Assembly (NCBI GenBank): GCA_004212155.1 | Contig: RXIG01000024.1 | Span: 1-64,000, forward strand | Direction of reading: 5' to 3' | Length of the DNA stretch: 64,000 nucleotides | DNA from: an archaeon | GTDB lineage: Archaea > Methanobacteriota_B > Thermococci > Methanofastidiosales > NM3 | Shown: positions 28,561-38,281 of the stretch, in pieces | Layout: each line of letters starts with the position of its first letter | Numbering within the stretch: position 1 is the first letter of the stretch | Position numbers and translations under genes: made by a program | Notes under the pieces: generated by a model | Databases searched by the model: none | What the model was told of the DNA's origin: nothing | Seen by the model: only the letters and a program-made list of their open reading frames with translations

Positions 28561-29682
28561 ATGAAGACGGTAGGATTTTTGATCAATCCCATCGCTGGTA
28601 TGGGTGGACGGGTCGGCCTCAAGGGCACTGACGGCATGCTCGAGGAGGCTCGGCGCAGGGGTGCCGCACCCGTTACCCCGCAACGTGCGGCACGGTTCTT
28701 CGATTCGCTCGATCGCGACGTGGCGGCACAAGCTCGCTGGCTCACGTGTGCGGGGCTGATGGGTGCCGACACCATGAAAGACACCGGGCTTGAGTACGAT
28801 ACCGTCTACACGCCAAAGGGCGGCTCGAGCGGAGCGGATACGCGGCGTGCCTGCGAACTGTTCCTTGAGCGCGGATGTGACCTCATCGTGTTCTGTGGTG
28901 GCGACGGGACCGCCCGTGACGTCAACGCGGCCGTTGGGCGCTCGGTGCCCGTCCTCGGCATCCCTAGCGGTGTCAAGATGCTCTCAGGCGTATTCGCCAT
29001 CAATCCGTCGGCAGGAGCCGAGCTGCTCGAGCTCTACCTCGCCGGGTCGGCCGAGACGCAGGAAGCGGAGGTGGTCGACCTCGATGAGGAGGAATACCGT
29101 CATGACCGCTTCTCGTTCAAGGTCTTTGGCACGGCCCTGACGCTCTTTGAAGGCAATTACACCCAGTCATCGAAGATGCTCATCCGCGGTGCGCGCGAGG
29201 ATGACATCAAGGACGACATCGCGCGCACCGTCATCGAGGATATGGACGACGGGACGCTCTACCTTCTGGGGCCGGGGAGCACGGTGCGCTCCATAGCCGA
29301 ACGGCTTGGCATCGATAACACGCTCCTTGGCATCGATGCCGTGAAAGGGAAGGAACTCGTCGGGCGCGACCTCAACGAGGAGCGCATACTCGGGCTCATC
29401 GAGGGCGAACAAAACGTCATGCTCATCCTCTCGCCCATCGGCGCCCAGGGGTTCGTCATCGGGCGCGGCAATCTTCAGATCTCACCAGCGGTGCTCGAAC
29501 GCATCAGCATCGAAAACATACTAATTGTATCGACACCGGCGAAATTGAAGACAATACGTCACCTCCTGGTGGACACAGGGGATGCCAACCTTGACAAAAA
29601 GTTTATGGAAAAACAGTACCTGCCTGTCATTATTGGTTATAGAACGTCTACATTAAAGAATATTGGAATACAAAACCTTTAA
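28561..29682 (+). CDS. ATP-NAD/AcoX kinase family protein
   Basis: INPIAGMGGRVGLKGTDG, GGDGTARD, IPSGVKM, GPGST, GQ-like AQGFVIGRGNLQIS. Confidence 0.88.
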   Translation: MKTVGFLINPIAGMGGRVGLKGTDGMLEEARRRGAAPVTPQRAARFFDSLDRDVAAQARWLTCAGLMGADTMKDTGLEYDTVYTPKGGSSGADTRRACELFLERGCDLIVFCGGDGTARDVNAAVGRSVPVLGIPSGVKMLSGVFAINPSAGAELLELYLAGSAETQEAEVVDLDEEEYRHDRFSFKVFGTALTLFEGNYTQSSKMLIRGAREDDIKDDIARTVIEDMDDGTLYLLGPGSTVRSIAERLGIDNTLLGIDAVKGKELVGRDLNEERILGLIEGEQNVMLILSPIGAQGFVIGRGNLQISPAVLERISIENILIVSTPAKLKTIRHLLVDTGDANLDKKFMEKQYLPVIIGYRTSTLKNIGIQNL

Positions 29683-29707
29683 ATAATGAACATATTGTTT
29701 TAGTACC

Positions 29708-30742
29708 ATGAAAGCAGCTGTGAAGGTCAGGCCCGAATACGGGGGCACCGAGGTGCGTGACGTGCCCACCCCCCAACCAGGGCCGGATGACGCACTCATC
29801 AAGATGGATGCCGCCTCCATATGCGGAACCGACATGCATATTTACGAGTGGGACGCCTGGGCGCAAAAAAACATTGACGTCCCGCGAATCTACGGCCATG
29901 AGTTCGCCGGCACGGTGGTCGAGGTAGGCAAGAACGTTGATTCGGTCAAGGTAGGGGACAAGGTCTCAGGCGAGTGCCATGTCTACTGCGGACACTGCCC
30001 ACAATGTATGAGAGGAAACATGCACATCTGCATGAACATGTCCGCGTTCGGCGTGAGCTCTGAAGGCATCTTCTGCGAGTATCAGGCGCTGCCCGCACAG
30101 AACCTGTGGGTCAACGACCCCACGATCCCCGCGAAGTACACCACGCTCCAGGACCCCCTGGGCAACGCCGTACATACCGTCTTTTCAGCAGGCGACATCA
30201 CGGGCAAGAACGTTGCAGTGCTCGGGTGCGGCCCCATCGGTCTTTTGGCCATCACCGTTGCAAAGGCCGCCGGCGCCGCGCAGGTCGTTGCCGTGGGGCA
30301 CACGAACGAATACCGCATCAACCTCGCCAAGAAGCTGGGGGCCGACGTCGTGCTCAAGAAGGGCGACGACTTCGGCAAGGTGGCACGCGACCTCACCGAC
30401 GGGCTTGGCATGGACGCCGTCTACGAGATAACGGGCAATCCGAATGCCGTGCTCACAGGGCTCGACATGGTGCGCGGCGGCGGAACACTGGCATTGCTTG
30501 GCATATTCAACGACCCCGTCACGATCAATCTCACCGACGACATCGTCTTCAAGTGCGTCGATATGAAGGGCATCTACGGAAGGAAGATATGGGACACGTG
30601 GTTCACGTCCACCGGACTCCTCAAGTCGGGCAAGCTCGACCTCGATACGATCATCACACATACATTTAAGTTCGATGACATTTTAGAGGGAATGGAAGTC
30701 ATGGCCTCTGGCAATTCTGGAAAGATTGTCCTTACGTTTTGA
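29708..30742 (+). CDS. tdh: L-threonine 3-dehydrogenase
   Basis: ICGTDMHIYEWD.W, GHE, CGHCPQC..C, GCGPIG, GIYGR; adjacent to kbl. Confidence 0.93.
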   Translation: MKAAVKVRPEYGGTEVRDVPTPQPGPDDALIKMDAASICGTDMHIYEWDAWAQKNIDVPRIYGHEFAGTVVEVGKNVDSVKVGDKVSGECHVYCGHCPQCMRGNMHICMNMSAFGVSSEGIFCEYQALPAQNLWVNDPTIPAKYTTLQDPLGNAVHTVFSAGDITGKNVAVLGCGPIGLLAITVAKAAGAAQVVAVGHTNEYRINLAKKLGADVVLKKGDDFGKVARDLTDGLGMDAVYEITGNPNAVLTGLDMVRGGGTLALLGIFNDPVTINLTDDIVFKCVDMKGIYGRKIWDTWFTSTGLLKSGKLDLDTIITHTFKFDDILEGMEVMASGNSGKIVLTF

Positions 30743-30752
30743 AGGTGGTAGC

Positions 30753-31940
30753 ATGGAACGAGATCCAAACGCATTCCTCAGGGAAGAATATGAAAAGCTC
30801 AAGGAGAAGAATCTCAACTGGAACCTGCGCGTGCTCGAGGGCCCCTCCGCGCCACGGACCGTGGTGGATGGAAAGCCCGTCATCATGCTCTGTTCCAACA
30901 ACTATCTCAACTTATCGAATCATCCAAAGATCATCGAGGCGTCCATCGAGGCCACTCGGCGGCTTGGTGCAGGTTCTGGCTCCGTACGCCCGATAGCAGG
31001 GAATATGGGGCTCCACATGGAGGTGGAGCGCGAGCTTGCCAGATTCAAGCGAAGCGAGTCGGCGCTCGTCTACCAGACGGGATTCGCCACCAACGCTGGC
31101 CTCATACCCCAGCTTGCCGACAAGGGTGACATCATCATCTCCGATGAGCTCAACCACGGCAGCATCATCGACGGCGTGCGCCTCTCGCGTGCTGACAAGG
31201 CGATATACGCCCACCAGAACATGGGTCAGCTCGAGGACCAGCTACGCGAGGCCGACAAGAAGGGATACCGCCGCATCCTCGTCATCACCGATGGTGTCTT
31301 CTCCATGGACGGCGATGTCGCACAAGCCGACACGATCGTCAAGCTCTGCAAGGAGGTCGGCGCCATGACGTACTTCGACGATGCCCATGGCGAGGGCGTC
31401 CTTGGACCACATGGCGAGGGCATATCGGCCCACTACGGCATCGAGGGCGAGATCGATGTGGAGGTCGGCACGTTCTCAAAGGCATACGGCGTCGTCGGCG
31501 GGCTCGTGGCGGGAAGCCAGGACCTTGTCAACTACGCGTACAACACGTCGAGGACATGGCTGCTCTCCGGATCGCATCCGCCAGGCGTGGCCGCGGCGCA
31601 GCTCGAGGCGATCCGCGTGCTCTCACGCGAACCCGAGCACCACAAGCGTCTCTGGGACAACACCAACTACTTCAAGAAGGAGCTCCAGTCGCTCGGATTC
31701 GACACCGGCGACTCGGTGACGCCCATCACCCCCGTGATGTGCGGCGAGTCGAAGATGGCAAAGGACCTCTCCGATGGACTCTACAAAAACGGCGTCTTCG
31801 CGCTTCCCATCGTCTTCCCCATGGTCGCGCAGGGCAAGGCGCGCATCCGCACCATCATGAACGCCGGACTCACCAAGGACGACCTCGACGAGGCCATCTC
31901 CGCGTTCGAGAAGGTCGGCAAATCGATAGGGCTTATCTGA
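30753..31940 (+). CDS. kbl: Glycine C-acetyltransferase (2-amino-3-ketobutyrate CoA ligase)
   Basis: SNNYL, SDELNHGSIIDG, DGVFSMDGD, DDAHG, GTFSKA, ARIR. Confidence 0.88.
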   Translation: MERDPNAFLREEYEKLKEKNLNWNLRVLEGPSAPRTVVDGKPVIMLCSNNYLNLSNHPKIIEASIEATRRLGAGSGSVRPIAGNMGLHMEVERELARFKRSESALVYQTGFATNAGLIPQLADKGDIIISDELNHGSIIDGVRLSRADKAIYAHQNMGQLEDQLREADKKGYRRILVITDGVFSMDGDVAQADTIVKLCKEVGAMTYFDDAHGEGVLGPHGEGISAHYGIEGEIDVEVGTFSKAYGVVGGLVAGSQDLVNYAYNTSRTWLLSGSHPPGVAAAQLEAIRVLSREPEHHKRLWDNTNYFKKELQSLGFDTGDSVTPITPVMCGESKMAKDLSDGLYKNGVFALPIVFPMVAQGKARIRTIMNAGLTKDDLDEAISAFEKVGKSIGLI

Positions 31941-32614
31941 TGCGTATGTGCCCCCGCTACAAGATCGTCGTCTTCGACCTCGACGGCACGCTTATCCACT
32001 ACGGATCGTCGTGGGAGACGCTGCATGACCACTTCGAGGCGATGCCCGAAGACGTTCGTGCGAACATGGACGCATTCCTCGCGGGTGAGATCGACTACAA
32101 GGAGTGGATGGAGCGCGATATCGCGCTCTGGCACCACATGGCCCCAACGTCACGCGACGTCGACGAGGCGTTCAGGGACCATGTGCCGTGTGACGAGACC
32201 CGTGCGGCCATCGCCCGGCTCAAGGAGCACGGCATCAAGGTCTTTATCGTTTCCTCCGGCATCGATGTCCTCGCACGGCGCATCGGTGAGGAGCTCGGGA
32301 TCGATGGCGCCTATGCCAATGCGCTCGACTGCGACGAGGACGGACGCCTCACCGGACGCGGCGAGTGCAGCGTCGACCCCCTGCGCAAGCACGAGGTCGT
32401 TCACCGAATCGCGTGCGAGGAGGGCGTACCGCTCGATGAGATCGCCTGTGTGGGCGACACGAAGTACGACATCTCGATGTTTCACGGCGTGGGAGGGAAA
32501 TTTGCCCTCAAGGCAAAGCACGACGAGCTTCGCGAGGCTGCCGATGCGTCGTTCGAGTCGATCACCGACCTAGTGGACCATATTCTGGGCGAACAGGGAA
32601 CTGCCATGCCATGA
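31940..32614 (+). CDS. HAD-IB phosphatase (phosphoserine phosphatase-like)
   Basis: FDLDGTL, SSW..LH, VSSG, K, GD..YD; start overlaps the kbl stop. Confidence 0.85.
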   Translation: MRMCPRYKIVVFDLDGTLIHYGSSWETLHDHFEAMPEDVRANMDAFLAGEIDYKEWMERDIALWHHMAPTSRDVDEAFRDHVPCDETRAAIARLKEHGIKVFIVSSGIDVLARRIGEELGIDGAYANALDCDEDGRLTGRGECSVDPLRKHEVVHRIACEEGVPLDEIACVGDTKYDISMFHGVGGKFALKAKHDELREAADASFESITDLVDHILGEQGTAMP

Positions 32615-32647
32615 AAACCTTTTTCTTTCTATAATGCTAATAGGTGT

Positions 32648-32866
32648 ATGCCTCAAGCAACGAGCAATTACGTGAAAATAGGCGATATCGAACTTTCTTC
32701 AAAGGAATCCCTGGATTCGCTCATGGAAAAGGCCATGCGCCTCTATGTATGGAAGATGGAGGCCAGGCAGGCGAAGAAGTCCGGCGAGGACATCGACCTC
32801 GAGATGGTCTTCGACGAGGGAGAGAAGCAGGCTCCTGAAGAAAAGAAAGAGTTCGTGGGCATCTAG
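32648..32866 (+). CDS. Small hypothetical protein
   Basis: AGGTG RBS, host-like codon usage, charged 72-aa product. Confidence 0.6.
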   Translation: MPQATSNYVKIGDIELSSKESLDSLMEKAMRLYVWKMEARQAKKSGEDIDLEMVFDEGEKQAPEEKKEFVGI

Positions 32867-32889
32867 GGCTTTGTGTGCAAAGCCGGCAT

Positions 32890-34008
32890 CTAAGAAAAGT
32901 CCTTGAGCACCGCCAATATGTCCTCGGAGGGGAATCGTGGCGTGAACACCCTGCTCCTTCCACGGCCCATCATAACGACATTGCTATCGATGAGCCCGTA
33001 GGACTCGAGCTTTGCCAGCGCCTGGGAGAACGACTTCTTGTTAAACGATCCTTTCATGCGCTCGAAGAGTGCCCCTGAACGCACATCCTTGTCCGTTGCT
33101 ATCTCAAGCAGCATCTGCCGCTCGGCGGCGGAAAGCACCGCAACCTTTTCGTGAAGCGTGACGAATCGGGCCTTCTTCTCATATGCGGCATCGATGTCCT
33201 CGCGTTCGATCTTTCGCTTCGCATGCGATTCAGCGATGATGCCGCTCGATGAAAGAAGCGTTATGCCGACACGAAGGTCGCCCTGCGAGGCGGTGAGCTC
33301 CGCGATGTGTTCAACGAGTTCCTGTGATATGACGCCCGGGAAGAACCCCGCCTGGGCCCGCTTGAGCAGTATCTCGTACGTCTCTGAGAGTGAGTATGGG
33401 GGGAACGTGACCTCCTGGGGCATGAAGATGCTGTAAAGCTTCGTTGCGATCACCTCCTTGAAGTCCTCGCGCGATAGGATGGCGACGACGCCGGTGCGCA
33501 CGCGCGGATACTGCTCATAGGCGCGCAGAATATCGTACATGATGTCGTTTGCATACTTTTGCTCGAAGAGGAAGTCGATGTCGTCAAGCGCCACAAGGAG
33601 ACTGAGCCCCTTGCGGTCGAGATGGTTCATCACCTTCTCGTAGACGCGTGTGTAGGGGACCCCCGTCTCGGGCGGGCGATGGCCAAAGATCTTCTTGTGC
33701 ACCTCGGACATGACGGTGAACTTCGTGTTCGAGAGCTTGCAGTTGATGTGGACGGGCACCATCCTGTCCGAAGCGTTCTGGATCTCGTCGAATAGGAAGT
33801 GCACCGTCGTCGTCTTTCCCGTGCCGGGGGGACCGATGATGAGCGTGTTGTGCGGCTTCCCGCCCCGAAGGCCGGGGCGCACGAGCGAGACGAGTGCCTG
33901 GAGCTCCTTGTCCCTGAACAGCAGGGTGTCGGGAAGATAATTGGGATTGAACACCTGTTCATCCTTGAAGAGCGTCTCATCAGACATGAGCATGTCCTTT
34001 ATGTTCAT
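32890..34008 (-). CDS. cdc6: Orc1/Cdc6 replication initiator
   Basis: ETLFKD..VF...YLP, GPPGTGKT, INC, LDDID, FPPYS, GDLR, C-terminal winged helix GRGRSR. Confidence 0.94.
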   Translation of the reverse strand: MNIKDMLMSDETLFKDEQVFNPNYLPDTLLFRDKELQALVSLVRPGLRGGKPHNTLIIGPPGTGKTTTVHFLFDEIQNASDRMVPVHINCKLSNTKFTVMSEVHKKIFGHRPPETGVPYTRVYEKVMNHLDRKGLSLLVALDDIDFLFEQKYANDIMYDILRAYEQYPRVRTGVVAILSREDFKEVIATKLYSIFMPQEVTFPPYSLSETYEILLKRAQAGFFPGVISQELVEHIAELTASQGDLRVGITLLSSSGIIAESHAKRKIEREDIDAAYEKKARFVTLHEKVAVLSAAERQMLLEIATDKDVRSGALFERMKGSFNKKSFSQALAKLESYGLIDSNVVMMGRGRSRVFTPRFPSEDILAVLKDFS

Positions 34009-34397
34009 ACTGTACTCCAATCGTGCGGCGCACATATAAAATGATTACCTTCCAAAGATGGAGGATATCACTTGATGTTTTTCCTCTCGGGGCGCGTCGG
34101 TATGCATTAGTCCGTTCTTCAACAATATGGGAAATGGTATGTATCGTTCCATGTGTTACCACCACTATTGATTATCAATGTCGCATATAAAACGAACATC
34201 CAAGAGAGGAGGAGTAAGGTGACCTTAATTTTGGAACGAAAATTATTTTTAGAATCAAAGAAAAAGCATGAAATATATTCTTAAAAAAAATATAAAATAA
34301 AATAATTGATTAGATTAGAATATAAAATATTTTTTAGGATAATATGAAATATAAAAAGATTTATAAATCAATGCACAACGTTCATACTGTGGTTACC

Positions 34398-35324
34398 ATG
34401 GAACCAGCGATCAAGCTCAACAATCTGACGAAGCGCTACACCTTCAAGATTCTCGCGCTCAAGGGCATATCCCTCGAGATCGACCAGGGTGAATGCGTCG
34501 GGTTTCTGGGGCCAAACGGTGCCGGCAAGAGCACAACGATCAAAATCCTTACCGGACTCATACGCCCCACGGATGGTACCGCGTTCCTTAACGGTCATGA
34601 CATCAGGAAGAACAAGAAGGAGGCACTGCGAAGCGTAGGGTGCGTCGTCGAGACGCCCGACTTCTACCCATACCTCACGCCGATCGACACGCTCAACTAC
34701 CTGGGCAATCTCAGGGGCGTCGACGGTCTTGATGGCAGGATAGAAGAGGTCCTCGACCTTGTCAACCTCCAGGACTGGGCCGACACGCGCGTCGGTTCGT
34801 TCTCGAAGGGCATGAAGCAGCGCCTCGGACTGGCGCAGGCGCTCCTGCACGACCCGCAGTTGCTCATCCTCGATGAACCTTCCTCTGGTCTCGACCCGAA
34901 GGGAATGGCGGAGATACGCCAGCTCATCAACAAGCTCAAGCACGAGAAGACGATCTTTCTCTCATCGCACCTGCTATCCGAGGTACAGCAGATAGCGGAT
35001 AAGGTCGCACTCATCAACAAGGGTGAGATCCTCGCCTACGACACGATGCGCGGGCTCTCAAGCAAGCTCTCAAGCGTCCAAGAAGCGACCATCGAGACGC
35101 TCTCCCCCCTCACGGAGGAACAGCTGGAGACGGTGAGGTCACACCCCATCGTCAAGGACATCAAGCTCACCGATGTGAAGCACTACCTCCTCATCTTCCA
35201 GGGGGAGACGGAGGAATGCAGGATGGACCTCATGCGCGAGCTCATCGAACGCGGCATACCGCTCACGGCGTTCACGCCCAAGGGGCTTGGACTCGAGGAC
35301 ATCTACATGGAGATGATACAATGA
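34398..35324 (+). CDS. ABC-2 type exporter ATPase
   Basis: GPNGAGKST, FSKGMKQR, LDEPSSGLDP, SSH. Confidence 0.93.
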   Translation: MEPAIKLNNLTKRYTFKILALKGISLEIDQGECVGFLGPNGAGKSTTIKILTGLIRPTDGTAFLNGHDIRKNKKEALRSVGCVVETPDFYPYLTPIDTLNYLGNLRGVDGLDGRIEEVLDLVNLQDWADTRVGSFSKGMKQRLGLAQALLHDPQLLILDEPSSGLDPKGMAEIRQLINKLKHEKTIFLSSHLLSEVQQIADKVALINKGEILAYDTMRGLSSKLSSVQEATIETLSPLTEEQLETVRSHPIVKDIKLTDVKHYLLIFQGETEECRMDLMRELIERGIPLTAFTPKGLGLEDIYMEMIQ

Positions 35325-36121
35325 GCACGGTCTCTGACCTCTCACAATTGATGACGATCATGCGCTACGAGATGCTCAAGTTCCTGCGCGGAAAGAAGCT
35401 CTACATCATGCTCGGCCTCATTGCCGTCATCGCAGTGGCAATCATGATCATCCCGCCCGCGCTTGGCGAGGCCTACCCCAATGCGGATGAGTTCATACAG
35501 TTCTTCGCACAGTTCGCAAACATCCTCGTCATACTCATCGTGACGCTCTTCGGGGCAGACTCGATCGTCTACGACTTCGAGAAGGGAACGGCGTTCGTGC
35601 TCTACCCGAATCCGGTGCGAAGGCGCACGATCTTCGTCGGCAAGTTCCTCTCGGCGTTTTTGGTCTCGGCAGGGGTGCTCGCAGCCTACTATATGCTTGC
35701 AGCGGTACTTGACTTCGGCATCAATCAGGCGGTGCCGCTCGAAACGGTCTGGTCGCTGCTTCTGGCGATAGGCTACATGTTCACGCTCATGTCGGTGACG
35801 TTTCTCATCTCGACGACGATGAAGTCGACACTTGCCGCCAGCGTCATCGTGTTCGCGCTCTTCTTCCTCGTCTTTTCGATGGTGGAAGGGGTGCTGACGG
35901 TCGTGGGGCAGGAACCATTCTTTGTCATCACGTCTATGAGCACGGTGATACAGGACATCATGGTCACCCCGTTCCCTGAAACGGTAAAGCAGGACTTCGG
36001 CGCGTTCCAGGTGCTCATATACCATCCGACGGTGCGAACGGCGCTTCTGGTGTTTGCAGGCTATGCGATACCGTCGCTTGCCCTTGCCTACAACAGATTC
36101 CTGAAAAAAGAGCTCCAGTGA
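35321..36121 (+). CDS. ABC-2 type exporter permease
   Basis: Six TM helices, D.EKGT....PV.R...GK motif; ATGA overlap with the ATPase gene. Confidence 0.88.
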   Translation: MSTVSDLSQLMTIMRYEMLKFLRGKKLYIMLGLIAVIAVAIMIIPPALGEAYPNADEFIQFFAQFANILVILIVTLFGADSIVYDFEKGTAFVLYPNPVRRRTIFVGKFLSAFLVSAGVLAAYYMLAAVLDFGINQAVPLETVWSLLLAIGYMFTLMSVTFLISTTMKSTLAASVIVFALFFLVFSMVEGVLTVVGQEPFFVITSMSTVIQDIMVTPFPETVKQDFGAFQVLIYHPTVRTALLVFAGYAIPSLALAYNRFLKKELQ

Positions 36122-36123
36122 GC

Positions 36124-36603
36124 TCATCTCTTCTTTCTTATCCTTTTTTTCATGCGAACGAACTCATGTTCATCCCCATTCGTTTTCTGCATGAAGGTCC
36201 TTTCGATCTCAAACCCTGCCGACAGGTAGGTGCGTATGGCACGCTTGTTAAACGATGCCACGCTCAGGCATATATGGTCACCCTTGTAGCAAAAATGCTG
36301 GAGGCCAAACGCGATGCCCGAGCGTACGAACATCTCACCCTCTCCACGCCCCGTCATCCATGGGGCAAGGCCGAGGCCGACCTCCATGCATCCGGGAGTA
36401 AAGCCATACGTGAAGAATCCCACGAGCCGCCAACCATGGTCGAGAACGGCAAATGTGCGGTCCCATGTCTCGGGGTTAAAAAACTCCCGAAGGTCGTCCT
36501 CATCGGCGGTGAGGTCGTAGAAGGAGTATGGCTCCTCATACGTCCATTCGTATGCGATCTCCTTTGCGTATCGCTCATTCATCGGATAAAAGAAGAAGGC
36601 CAT
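36124..36603 (-). CDS. GNAT family acetyltransferase
   Basis: W.YEEPYSFYD, GLGLAP..TGRGEG, FNKRAI..Y..AGF. Confidence 0.87.
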   Translation of the reverse strand: MAFFFYPMNERYAKEIAYEWTYEEPYSFYDLTADEDDLREFFNPETWDRTFAVLDHGWRLVGFFTYGFTPGCMEVGLGLAPWMTGRGEGEMFVRSGIAFGLQHFCYKGDHICLSVASFNKRAIRTYLSAGFEIERTFMQKTNGDEHEFVRMKKRIRKKR

Positions 36604-36739
36604 AGGCTCACCGACCGCAAACAACTATGGCAAGAGAGAATAAATAATTGATGACAAGACCCCCTTTTCAGAAAAGAGGTCGATGGCAAAATCGGCCAAA
36701 GGGGGTCGCGCCCCGCCCCCGGCCAGGTTCAAAAGAATG

Positions 36740-36913
36740 TCACTTGCGGATCATGCGCGCTCCGCATTTAGGGCACGTCATCTCGCTACATGGTTTTCGT
36801 AGTGTATGGGGTTCCTCGTGGCCACACTCCGGACACTGGCACGAGTCGGGTGGTCCGCGACCGCGGCCGGGCCGGCGAACGCCTGGTGGTGGGCCGACGC
36901 CTCCTTGTTGCAT
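36740..36913 (-). CDS. 57-aa Cys-rich zinc-ribbon protein
   Basis: Hand translation MQQGGVGPPPGVRRPGRGRGPPDSCQCPECGHEEPHTLRKPCSEMTCPKCGARMIRK; GAGGTGA RBS; missing from the ORF track. Confidence 0.82.
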   Translation of the reverse strand: MQQGGVGPPPGVRRPGRGRGPPDSCQCPECGHEEPHTLRKPCSEMTCPKCGARMIRK

Positions 36914-36976
36914 GTTCTATCACCTCACGGATAATATGATTCCCCTCGTTGAAAAATTCTTTCCCGTTCCTCCTTT

Positions 36977-37600
36977 CTAGAAGAAAAGCGTGTACGAGAG
37001 CGCCATGACCAGTCCCGACACGATGGGAACGAAGAAGTTGTCATCGATGAAGATGCGCTGATAGATGCTCGTGCCCCGGTGGAGCTCGAAGGGTATCATC
37101 TCGACGATGGCACCAACGATGGCGCCGATCGCGGCGAGCATGGCAACATCACGCAGCGTATCCAACGGCGCCGTGAAGTGCATGGCAAAGATGAGGGCAG
37201 CGAACGCGAAGATGAAAAACGCGATTGACCCCTCGACCGTCTTGTTGTCGTCAACGGGATTTCTCGTCCTTCCCCATCGCTTGCCGACGATGGTGGCAAA
37301 GCCGTCTCCAAACGCCATCACGCCAATGGACGCGGCGGATATGAAGAGGGGATAAAAGACCACGCAGACACCGATGGCGCAGATATAGATAAGGGGGCCG
37401 ATAAGGTACCCATAGACATAGTCCTCCTCCCTTGCCATGGCGACAAACGATGCTCGCCATGCATGTAATCGAAAGACGAAGAGCGCAAGGAAGAGCATGA
37501 TGGCAACGACAAGCAGGGCCGGTATGCGCGTGAGCACGAGGGGATAGAACATCCATAGACCCATTCCGATGTGTACCGTCTTGCGCCTGAGCTCCTCCAC
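36977..37600 (-). CDS. SEC59/dolichol-phytol kinase-like membrane protein
   Basis: RKTVH, GDGFATIVGKRWG, KTVEGS, DDN; GTG start after an AGGTGAGG RBS. Confidence 0.85.
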   Translation of the reverse strand: MEELRRKTVHIGMGLWMFYPLVLTRIPALLVVAIMLFLALFVFRLHAWRASFVAMAREEDYVYGYLIGPLIYICAIGVCVVFYPLFISAASIGVMAFGDGFATIVGKRWGRTRNPVDDNKTVEGSIAFFIFAFAALIFAMHFTAPLDTLRDVAMLAAIGAIVGAIVEMIPFELHRGTSIYQRIFIDDNFFVPIVSGLVMALSYTLFF

Positions 37601-37625
37601 GTCCTCACCTTTAAAATGCGAGAGG

Positions 37626-37919
37626 CTAGATTGCCTCGTACTCCTCTTCATCGAAATCGTCATAGAGAACGTCGATGAGTTCCTCGAGCTCCTCGAGCTC
37701 GACAACGCCTTCCACCTTGGTAATGACTGCATCGCCCACCTCGAAGACGAGCGTGGGGATGTTGATTATCTCATACTTCCTGGCCTTGTTGTCCTGGTAG
37801 TCGACGTTGACGAGCTCGAACGTCACATCGTCAAACTCCATGGAGAGCTGATCGAGGATTTGATTCTGAATCTCGCAGTCCTGGCACCAATCGGCGTAGA
37901 AATGGATAATCTTAATCAT
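37626..37919 (-). CDS. Thioredoxin family protein
   Basis: FYADWCQDC, IPTLV; acidic tail. Confidence 0.85.
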   Translation of the reverse strand: MIKIIHFYADWCQDCEIQNQILDQLSMEFDDVTFELVNVDYQDNKARKYEIINIPTLVFEVGDAVITKVEGVVELEELEELIDVLYDDFDEEEYEAI

Positions 37920-38281
37920 GCAAAAAGGAGTACTTGGGTGTTTCTTTTAAGCTTTGTGGTTTTCAACGCGAGGGGTAATTGTTTTTCAACCCTCATGAAT
38001 CATTCGCCGATGAAATTAATAGGAAATGAGGAAAAAGCCGAATAAAAAAATAGTAAATTAATAATCTCAAAAATCGTACAAATCAATGGACAAAATTAAA
38101 GGATTTTAAAAGCACTATGATGGCGCATGAAACAGCTGCCTCCTGACGACCCAAAGAAGAGCGATCGCCATCAGAGGGGCATGTGCCACGCAGGCAATTC
38201 CTCTTGTTATGATCCCATGGTGCGGTCTGATGGCATCCAGGTGACGGACCCCTCACTGACAACCCATGGCACAGCTGCAAG

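Noticed and set aside
30753-31940. BioF (8-amino-7-oxononanoate synthase) assignment
   Set aside because: Same family, but direct linkage to tdh favours Kbl and no biotin genes are nearby
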